A stretch of DNA of 64,000 nucleotides from Dictyostelium discoideum (taxonomy: Eukaryota): positions 1,728,001-1,792,000 of the forward strand of contig CM000152.2 of NCBI GenBank assembly GCA_000004695.1. The letters run 5' to 3'. The notes beneath the pieces were generated by a model. It saw only the letters and a program-made list of their open reading frames with translations. It was not told the DNA's origin and ran no database searches. Shown here piece after piece: positions 54,009 through 64,000 of this stretch; within the stretch, counting starts at the first letter, position 1, and each line of letters opens with the position of its first letter. The translations under genes and the position numbers were made by a program.

Positions 54009-54701
54009 TAATAACAAGAAGTAAAAATAATATAATAATAGAAACAATAAGAGTAATAAATACTCTTAATAAAATATATCAGTTTCATTATTGAGTAAAA
54101 TAAAGAATTATGTAATTATTGATAATTAAGGAAAACTTCAATTACCAAATTCACAAAAAGTGAAAATAAAATATTAATTCAGTTTCAAATATATATAAAT
54201 AAAATATGGATGAAAAAATAAAACAAAAAAAAATAAAAAAAATAAAAATAAAATAATTTAAACTCAAATAAAATTAAACAGTTAACCCAAACCACACACT
54301 AATTTTTTATTTTTTTTCCTAATTTCAAATTTTTTTTTTATTTTTTTATTTTTTATTTTATTTTTTTTTTTTTTTTTTAAATTTTTTTTTTTTTTTTTTT
54401 TTTTTTAAAAATTTCACAATTTTTTTTAATATAAAAATTGAAAAATTTATTTTTCTTTTCATTTCTTTTTATTGCGAACAAAAGGTTAGTTCGAATTAAA
54501 ATATACATTTTTGTTTGAATCAGCATTTTGTTTTTGTTTAAATTAAAAATAAATTACATTGTTGTAAACGATCGGAGACACGAACAACAATGCAATTTAA
54601 GGATGATAGATCGATAAATAAAAAAAATAAATAAAAAAAATAAATAAAAATAAAAAAAAAGAAAAACAAATAATTTTAATATGCGTATAAAATTTTATGT
54701 G

Positions 54702-54742
<41 letters not shown>

Positions 54743-55617
54743 ATAAAAATAATAGAAAATAAAATAAAAATATAAATAAAAAAAATAAATAATTAGAATA
54801 GAATAAAATTGATACACCTATTAGTTTTCTTTTTTTTTTTTTATTCTAAAATTTTTTTTTTCCCTCTTCATTTGAATCTTTTTTTTTTTTTTTTGTTATT
54901 ATTTATTATTATTATTATTATTTATTTATTTATTTTTATTTTAATGTTGTGTAAGTGCAATATCACCTCCATAAAACTTTATTAACCTTTAAAATTTTTT
55001 TTTTTTTATTATTATTATTTTTTTATTTTTTTTATTTTACTACTATAATAAATTCAGGTTTATTAAATTTTTTTTGAATCTGATCAGTAGCAAACAATAT
55101 ACCATATTGTCAAATTGTTCAATATTTTGAAATATAAAAGCAAAAATATTCTTCAATTTACAATTCAATTAGGAATCAAAAAAAAACAAACGAAAACGAA
55201 TAATAATAATTAATAGTAGTAATAATAATAACAATAATAACTAAATCATATAATCCAAAAAAAGAGAGTTAACAGTTCTCATTTTTCTTTGTTCGATCAC
55301 TTTATATTTTATAACATTATAGTTCAACTTTTATTTGTATAACAAAAAAAAGAACATCAAAAAAAAAAAAACATAAAAAAAAAAAAAAAAAAAATCAAAA
55401 AATCAAAAAAAAAAAAAAAATCAAAAAAAACTAAAAAAAAATAATTATTTCTTTTTTTTTTTCAAAACTTATAAATAGTATTTATTCATTCATTTGTTAA
55501 TATTTTATTATTTTCACACTCACTTTTAAATTTTTTTTTTTTTTTTTTTTTTGGAAATAACAGTAAAATTAAATAAAATCACAAAAAAAAAAAAATAAAA
55601 AAGAAATAAAAAAAAAC

Positions 55618-55745
55618 AAATCACTCACATATACATACACACAATTAATAACACACACACACACATACACAAACACACACCACACATACACAAACACACA
55701 CAAACACACACACACACACACACACATACACAAAAATACACAACA
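55618..55745 (+). promoter_or_regulatory. C+A-rich (CA)n-like tract in the 5' flank/5'UTR of the RNA polymerase II largest subunit gene
   Basis: catacacacaattaataacacacacacacacatacacaaacacacaccacacatacacaaacacacacaaacacacacacacacacacacatacacaaaaatacac ends about 35 bp before the ATG at 55778. This is a strong compositional outlier in otherwise near-pure A/T intergenic DNA. Confidence 0.4.
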
Positions 55746-55777
55746 ACCACACATAAAATACATATATAATTTTAAAA

Positions 55778-58700
55778 ATGGCAGCTTTTTTTCCACCATC
55801 ATCAGCAGAACTAAGAAAAGTTAAAAGAGTTCAATTTGGTATTCTTAGTCCAGATGAAATTAGAAATATGTCAGTTGCTCGTGTTGAACATCCAGAAACC
55901 TATGAAAATGGTAAACCAAAAGCTGGTGGTTTATTAGATCCAGCAATGGGTACCATTGATAAAACACAAAGATGTCAAACATGTTCAGGTACAATGGCAG
56001 AATGTCCAGGTCATTTTGGTCATATAGAATTAGCAAAACCAGTATTTCATATTGGTTTCATTGATACAGTATTAAAAATTTTAAGATGTGTTTGTTATCA
56101 TTGTTCAAAATTATTAACGGATACAGTAAGTTTATTTATATATATATTTAAAAATATATATATTATATATATTTTATATTAATTTTTTTTTTTTTTTGTT
56201 TTTAATTTTTTAATTTTTTTTTTTAAAAAAAAAAAAAAAGAATGAACACTCATTTAGACAAGCATTAAAAATTAGAAATCAAAAACATAGATTAAATGCA
56301 GTAGTAGATTGTTGTAAAAACAAAAAAGTATGTGCAATTGGAGGAGAAGAAGAGGAAGAACATGATTTATCAAAAACCGATGAAGAATTGGATAAACCAG
56401 TTAAACATGGTGGATGTGGTAATGTTTTACCAAAGATAACAAAAGAAGATTTAAAGATTATAGTAGAGTTTAAAGATGTAACCGATGAAAGTATTGAAAA
56501 GAAATCGGTACTATCGGCAGAACGTGTTTTAAATATTTTAAAGAGAATTAAAGATGAAGATTCGCGTGCAATGGGTATTAACCCAGATTGGGCAAGAGCA
56601 GATTGGATGATTGCAACAGTATTACCAGTACCACCACCACCAGTTAGACCATCGATTATGATGGATACCTCAACGAGGGGTGAGGATGATTTAACACATA
56701 AATTAGCCGATATTGTAAAGGCAAATAGAGAATTACAACGTCAAGAAAAGAATGGTGCACCAGCACATATCATTGCAGAGGCAACTCAATTCTTACAATT
56801 CCACGTTGCAACCTATGTAGACAATGAAATACCCGGTTTACCACAAGCTCAACAACGTTCAGGTAGACCATTGAAATCGATTCGTCAACGTTTAAAAGGT
56901 AAAGAAGGTAGAATCAGAGGTAATCTTATGGGTAAACGTGTTGATTTCTCTGCTCGTACAGTCATTACTGCCGATCCAAATCTTTCGATCGATCAAGTTG
57001 GTGTACCACGTTCAATTGCGCTCAATCTCACCTATCCAGAGACAGTAACACCTTTCAATATCGATAAAATGAGAGAGTTAATTAGAAATGGTCCATCCGA
57101 GCATCCAGGTGCAAAATATATCATTCGTGAGGATGGTACACGTTTCGATTTACGTTTTGTCAAAAAAGTTAGTGATACCCATTTAGAGTGTGGCTATAAA
57201 GTTGAAAGACATATCAACGATGGTGATGTGGTTATTTTCAATCGTCAACCATCACTTCATAAAATGTCTATGATGGGTCATCGTATTAAAGTTATGCCAT
57301 ACAGTACTTTTCGTTTGAATCTTTCTGTAACCTCTCCATACAATGCAGATTTCGATGGTGATGAAATGAATCTTCATGTACCACAAACTTTGGAAACCCG
57401 TGCTGAAGTCATTGAAATTATGATGGTACCACGTCAAATCGTTTCACCACAATCAAATCGTCCTGTAATGGGTATTGTACAAGATACTCTATTGGGTAGT
57501 CGTCTCTTTACAAAACGTGATTGCTTTATGGAAAAAGATTTAGTAATGAACATATTAATGTGGTTACCATCTTGGGATGGTAAAGTACCACCACCAGCAA
57601 TCTTAAAACCAAAACAACTTTGGACAGGTAAACAACTTTTCTCACTCATCATTCCCGATATAAATTTAATTCGTTTCACATCGACTCACAATGATAAAGA
57701 ACCAAATGAATGTTCGGCCGGTGATACTCGTGTCATCATTGAAAGAGGTGAACTATTGGCAGGTATTCTTTGTAAACGTTCATTAGGTGCAGCAAATGGT
57801 TCAATCATTCATGTGGTCATGAATGAACATGGTCATGATACTTGTCGTCTTTTCATTGATCAAACTCAAACCGTTGTCAATCATTGGTTAATTAATCGTG
57901 GTTTCACTATGGGTATTGGTGATACCATTGCAGATTCTGCAACAATGGCAAAGGTTACTCTTACCATTTCCTCTGCAAAGAATCAAGTAAAAGAATTGAT
58001 TATCAAAGCTCAAAATAAACAATTTGAATGTCAACCAGGTAAATCTGTAATTGAAACTTTTGAACAAAAAGTAAATCAAGTATTAAATAAGGCTCGTGAT
58101 ACCGCTGGTAGTAGTGCACAAGATTCCCTCTCTGAGGATAACAATTTAAAGGCGATGGTAACTGCAGGTTCAAAAGGTTCTTTCATCAATATCTCACAGA
58201 TGATGGCTTGTGTAGGTCAACAAAATGTCGAAGGTAAACGTATTCCATTTGGTTTCCAAAGTAGAACATTACCACATTTCACCAAGGATGATTATGGTCC
58301 AGAGAGTCGTGGTTTCGTAGAGAATTCATATCTTCGTGGTTTAACTCCTCAAGAATTCTTTTTCCATGCTATGGGTGGTAGAGAAGGTTTAATTGATACT
58401 GCCGTAAAAACATCTGAAACCGGTTATATTCAACGTCGTCTTGTAAAAGCAATGGAGGATGTCTCAATTAAATATGATGCCACAGTTAGAAATTCATTGG
58501 GTGATGTTATTCAATTTGCCTATGGTGAAGATGGTATAGATGGTTGTTTTGTTGAGAATCAATCCATTGATTCCCTTAGAAAAGATAATACCGAATTGGA
58601 ACGTATGTATCGTCATCAAGTTGATAAACCAGACTATGGTGATGGTTGGATGGATCCATTGGTAATTGAACATGTTAGAAACGATTCATTAACTCGTGAT

Positions 58701-61076
58701 ACATTGGAGAAAGAATTTGAACGTATTAAATCGGATCGTTCATTATTAAGAAATGAAATTATACCATCTGGTGAGGCAAATTGGCCATTACCAGTGAATT
58801 TACGTCGTTTAATTAATAATGCACAAAAACTTTTCAATATTGATATTCGTAGAGTTAGTGATTTAAATCCGGCAGTTGTTGTTTTAGAAATTGAAAAATT
58901 GGTAGCACGTTTAAAGATTATTGCAACCGCTGATACAACCGAAGATGATGAAAACTTTAATCGTGCTTGGGCTGAAGTTTACTTTAATGCCACAATGTTA
59001 TTCTCGATTTTAGTACGTTCAACATTTGCAAGTAAACGTGTTTTAACCGAATTTAGATTAACAGAGAAAGCATTCCTTTGGGTTTGTGGTGAAATCGAAA
59101 GTAAATTCCTTCAAGCATTGGCCCATCCAGGTGAAATGGTAGGTGCATTGGCAGCACAATCAATTGGTGAACCAGCAACACAAATGACACTTAATACTTT
59201 CCATTATGCTGGTGTAAGTAGTAAGAATGTAACATTGGGTGTACCACGTCTAAAGGAAATCATTAACATTGCCAAACAAGTGAAAACACCATCCCTCACC
59301 ATCTATTTGAAACCACATATGGCTCGTGATATGGATCGTGCAAAGATTGTAAAATCACAACTCGAATATACTACACTTGCAAATGTAACCTCTGCAACCG
59401 AAATCTACTATGATCCTGATCCACAAAATACCATCATCAGTGAAGATGCTGAATTTGTAAATAGTTATTTCGAACTTCCAGATGAAGAGATCGATGTTCA
59501 TAGTATGTCACCTTGGTTACTTCGTATCGAATTGGATAGAGGTATGGTTACCGATAAAAAGTTAACAATGGCCGATATCACTCAATGTGTCGTTAGAGAT
59601 TTTGGTCTAAGTTTAAATTGTATTTTTAGTGATGATAATGCCGAGAAACTCATTCTTCGTATTCGTATGGTAGAGAGTCAAGAAACAAAAGGTACCGACA
59701 ATGATGATGATGATCAATTCCTTCGTCGTATCGAATCAAATATGCTCAGTGAAATGGTTTTACGTGGTATCAAAGGTATAAAGAAAGTGTTTATGAGAAC
59801 CGATGATAAGATTCCAAAGGTCACTGAAAATGGTGGTTTTGGTGTTCGTGAAGAATGGATTCTCGATACTGATGGTGTTTCCCTCTTAGAGGTAATGAGC
59901 CATCCAGACGTTGATCATACTCGTACCACCTCTAATGATATCGTTGAAATCATTCAGGTTTTAGGTATTGAGGCCGTAAGAAATGCTCTCCTCAAAGAAC
60001 TTCGTGCCGTTATTTCCTTTGATGGTTCCTATGTAAATTATCGTCATTTGGCAATTTTAGCCGATGTTATGACTTATCGTGGTCATCTTATGGCCATCAC
60101 TCGTCATGGTATCAATAGAGTTGAAACTGGTCCACTCATGAGATGTTCTTTCGAAGAAACTGTCGAAATTCTTATGGATGCCGCCATGTTCTCTGAAACT
60201 GATGATGTCAAAGGTGTAACTGAAAATATTATTTTAGGTCAACTCCCACCATTGGGTACTGGTAGTTTCGAAGTTTTCCTCAATCAAGATATGATCAAAA
60301 ATGCTCATTCCATCGCTTTACCAGAACCTTCCAATGTTTCTTATCCAGATACTCCAGGTAGTCAAACACCTTCCTATTCCTATGGTGATGGTAGTACAAC
60401 TCCTTTCCATAATCCTTATGATGCTCCATTGTCACCATTCAATGAAACTTTCCGTGGTGATTTCTCACCTTCTGCTATGAATTCACCAGGTTATAATGCA
60501 AATAAATCCTATGGTAGTAGTTATCAATACTTCCCACAATCACCAACTTATTCTCCAACTTCACCATCCTATTCTCCAACTTCACCATCTTATTCACCAA
60601 CTTCTCCATCTTATTCACCAACTTCACCATCTTATTCACCAACTTCTCCATCTTATTCACCAACCTCACCATCTTATTCTCCAACTTCACCATTTTATTC
60701 TCCAACTTCACCTTCCTACTCACCAACTTCACCATCATACTCCCCAACCTCACCATCATATTCACCAACCTCACCATCTTACTCACCAACCTCACCCTCC
60801 TATTCACCAACTTCACCATCATATTCACCAACTTCACCATCATATTCACCAACTTCACCATCATACTCTCCAACTTCACCATCATATTCACCAACCTCTC
60901 CTTCATACTCACCAACCTCACCATCTTATTCACCAACCTCACCATCATATTCACCATCATCCCCATCTTATTCACCAAGTTCGCCATCATATTCACCAAG
61001 TTCACCATCATACTCACCATCATCACCAACCTTTACAAACAAATATAACTATCAACCAAATAATAAAAAGAAATAG
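55778..61076 (+). CDS. rpb1: DNA-directed RNA polymerase II largest subunit (Rpb1), 1727 aa; exons 55778..56125 and 56241..61076; C-terminal domain of about 23 YSPTSPS heptads
   Basis: Exon 1 encodes the N-terminal zinc-binding clamp ([33 protein letters not shown]...CQTCSG...[16 protein letters not shown]). Phase-0 GTAAGT donor, 115-nt intron. Exon 2 is continuous and contains the catalytic [10 protein letters not shown] motif, the trigger loop and bridge helix regions, and the CTD (YSPTSPS with one YSPTSPF and terminal YSPSSPS variants). Confidence 0.95.
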
Positions 61077-61208
61077 ATCAACATTAAGATACCATTTCCT
61101 ATTTTAAATATTTAATTTGTATATAAATAAATTTAAACTTAACAAATTAACAAAATATAAAAAAAAAAATAAACAAAAAAAAAAAAAAAAATAATAAATT
61201 TATTTATA

Positions 61209-61242
<34 letters not shown>

Positions 61243-62125
61243 CTTTTTTGGCTTAATTATTTTAAAATAATATTTTTCAAGATTTAAATTGTTTTAATAA
61301 ATTTTAAATCAAAAATAAATCTAATTATTGATTCCTAAAATAGTCTTATTATACCAATTTATTTAAACTTCAAATATGTTATTATTTTTATAATTTTACT
61401 AAAAAAAATAATAATAATAATCTATTAAAAATTAGAATTTTTTATTTGAAGTCTAAATTTAAAATTAATAATAAAAGTTCATAAATAACTATTAAATATT
61501 ATTTATTTCCTTTATTTCCAATCAATTTTATAAAAAAAAAAAAATTAGAGTTCTCTTCGATTATTATTATTTTTTAAATAATAATCTCCCAACTAATTAG
61601 AAAGAGTATCTCTAATTTAATTTTTAAATTTTCTTTTTATGACCATTGATGTGTTAAAACATTTTTTTTAGTAAAAACTCATCTATTATTTTCTTTTTTT
61701 TTTTTGAGTATATTGATAGCTTCCAACACTTTTTAATATTATATATTTTCATTGCCATATATTTTAAATAAAATATATGTTTTAAACAATTTTTTTCTCT
61801 TTTTTATTATTAATATTTTTTTTTTTTGGCAATAAAATCAATTTTGTATTTTAAAATAAACTGCCATTACAATATCAACATCATCATCATCATCATAATC
61901 TTCATCATCATTTCTTTTTTATTTATTTTGTATATATAATAAAAGTTGCGCAAATAACAAAATAAAAATAAAATTAAAAAAAAAAATAAAATAAATATTT
62001 CTTTTTTTTCCTTGTTTTTAATTTTTTTGGAAAAAAAAAAAAAAAAAAAAATTTTTAATTTTTTAAAAAATGAAATTACATGCAATTAAATACAAACACA
62101 AATAATTAGCACACATTAAAAATAA

Positions 62126-62711
62126 ATGAATTTAATAAAAGTAAATGAAATTAAACCATACTCAAAGAATATAAATTGTGTTTTCATAGTATTGGATAAA
62201 GGACCACCAACAAAGAAAAAAGAAGGAACAATATATCAAGTTTTAGTTGCAGATTCTACAGCGTCTATTAATATGACCGTTTGGGATGCATTAGGAGAAC
62301 AAATTCAACCTGGTGATATTTTAAGATTAAAAGGTGGTTATTCAAATATTTACATAGAGTTGTTAAATCTTTATGTTGGTAAAACTGGTATAATTGAAAA
62401 GATTGGAGAGTATGTAATAAATTTTTATTTTTTTTCTTTTTTATATATTAATTATTTTCTTTCTAACAATTAACCTAATACATATATGTATATATTTTGT
62501 ATATATAAAGATTTACATTTCCATTTGTTGAAGCACCAAATTTAAGTTCAACACTTTGGAATGTTCATCAAGATCCAAATAATCCTAAAAATATGGTTGC
62601 AACACCAAAACCTTCACCCCATAAACAACAACAACCAATGCAACAGCCCACTCCACCTATGACTCATCAAATGAAACAACCACCAATGCAACAAATGAAA
62701 CAATTACCTTT

Positions 62712-62776
<65 letters not shown>

Positions 62777-62778
62777 AA
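62126..62778 (+). CDS. SOSS-B1/hSSB1 (NABP2)-like OB-fold ssDNA-binding protein with poly-Q C-terminus, 183 aa; exons 62126..62409 and 62511..62778
   Basis: [77 protein letters not shown](F)[11 protein letters not shown] is collinear with hSSB1 (...[61 protein letters not shown]). Phase-2 GTATGT donor at 62410, 101-nt intron ending TATAAAG. The C-terminal poly-Q is encoded by (CAA)n. Confidence 0.7.
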
Positions 62779-63009
62779 TTATAATAGTAATAATTTATTA
62801 AAAAAATAAATCTCCCCAACACCAATTGTACATAGTAATATAATAATTTTAATATTTATTTGATTTTTTTTTTTTTTTTAAAAAAATATATACACAGAAC
62901 AAAGGAGTTCTTTTTTTTTTTGTTTTTTTTTTTGTTTTTCTAAAAATAAATAAGATAGAATATTATTAGAAATAGATTTAAAGCTTGATTTTTTTTTTTT
63001 TTTTTTTTT

Positions 63010-63392
63010 TTACATCCCAATTGAATCGTTTACTAAGGTTGTTAAATTTGAAACAGTGTTATATAAAGCACCACCAACATATAAACCAGCACCAATTGGT
63101 CTAGTACCAACAGTTTTACCTTTATTTCCACTTGTTAGAGTATCATAAAATTTATCAGCATAAAGGTAAGTTTCAGAGCTAATTGGTAAATAAACTAATA
63201 TATATCGTTCGCTATCAACTCCTGGGTCAACCATTTGTAACTCTACACTCTTTACATTATATTTTTGTTGTACAAATTCTGTACATTTCTTTTGTTCACT
63301 CTCTAGAATATATGGTTTAACTTTCTATAAAATATAAATAATAAAAAAAAAAAACAATAATAACAATATAAATAATAATAATAATTAATTAA

Positions 63393-63481
<89 letters not shown>

Positions 63482-63927
63482 TCCCAAATTTCTTGTTTTG
63501 AAATATCAATTGTTAAAACTTTTTCAGATAAAATCATTTCACCAGAATAAGTTGATAATTCATCGGTTGAAGGTAATAAATGAGTTGATCTATTTGAATA
63601 AGTATTTTTTCTAATTAATTTATCTACTAAATTGGGATCAAAAGAATTTGAAGCACAAAATATGATTTCATCATGATTAGTAGTTATTCTTTGATTATTG
63701 ATTGTCTCTGTGACATCATTGATTGTAAAAGTTGCACTAAATGAAGTGGATGTAGTCAAAGTGAAAACATAAACTGGAAAATAGAATCTATTTGGTTTAC
63801 TCCATTTAATATCCTTAAAATTGGCTGGTAAAAACCATCTACCTTCTAACCATTTCCTTGCTTCATTACTACACATCTCTAATGATTGATAAAATTGAAT
63901 ATAATATTGTTGACAATTTGTTGAAGT
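63010..63927 (-). CDS. 3' portion of a multi-exon gene of unknown function (5' end beyond the window); exons (minus) 63927..63478 and 63324..63010
   Basis: Two in-frame exons joined by a phase-0 GTTTGT donor and a 153-nt intron that carries an (AAAT)n repeat. The product ...CSNEARKWLEGRWFLPANFKDIKWSKPNRFYFPVYVF... / KVKPYILESEQKKCTEFVQQKYNVKSVELQMVDPGVDSERYILVYLPIS...GAGLYVGGALYNTVSNLTTLVNDSIGM has complex, coding-like composition. No family was recognised. Confidence 0.4.
63399..63470. repeat. (AAAT)n / (TTTA)n microsatellite, about 18 units, intronic
   Basis: aaataaataaat run between the two exons of the right-edge gene. Confidence 0.9.
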
Positions 63928-64000
63928 CTAAATATGTAATTAATAAATAAATAATAAATAATAAATAAAAAAATTAATAATTTAATAATTTAATAAATTA

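Noticed and set aside
60475-61107. 184-aa minus-strand ORF and 203-aa plus-strand alternative-frame ORF over the Pol II CTD
   Set aside because: They are artefacts of the 21-nt heptad periodicity. The YSPTSPS frame is contiguous with the rest of Rpb1.

Overview
This 64 kb window is AT-rich (roughly 75-80% A+T) nuclear DNA of a social amoeba, almost certainly Dictyostelium discoideum or a very close relative. Evidence: A/T third-position codon bias, short AT-rich GT..AG introns with GTAAGT/GTATGT donors, abundant poly-N/Q/S coding microsatellites, FNIP and Dicty_CTDC repeat proteins, cysteine proteinases with Ser/Gly-rich inserts, and tRNA-targeted retroelements. No prokaryotic-style operons or defence systems are present; the window is gene-dense eukaryotic chromosome. 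Gene models I could reconstruct by hand splicing: a CCCH zinc-finger protein, a P5B-type ATPase, a ZNF830-like C2H2 protein, a GYD-hexapeptide repeat protein abutting a 100-N assembly gap, two convergent papain-family cysteine proteinases with Ser/Gly-rich insertions, a FNIP-repeat protein, a PARP, a CEBPZ/Noc1/Mak21 homolog, ribosomal proteins L21, S19 and L11, a tandem triplet of secreted PDI-like thioredoxin-fold genes with an SGHC motif (third copy degenerate), two NABP/SOSS-B-like OB-fold genes, cobalamin-independent methionine synthase, a Rogdi-like gene, a poly-Ser protein, a Dicty_CTDC cysteine-rich repeat protein, a small membrane protein, RNA polymerase II largest subunit with about 23 CTD heptads, and a 5'-partial gene at the right edge. 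One tRNA-Arg(UCG) gene is followed immediately upstream by an internally deleted DGLT-A-like LTR retrotransposon and a nest of poly(A)-terminated non-LTR (TRE-like) fragments plus a partial tRNA copy. Many microsatellites ((CAA)n, (TA)n up to about 330 bp, (AAT)n, (TCAT)n, (AAAT)n) and several striking palindromes are present. All coordinates were derived by manual translation and splicing; no database searches were run.
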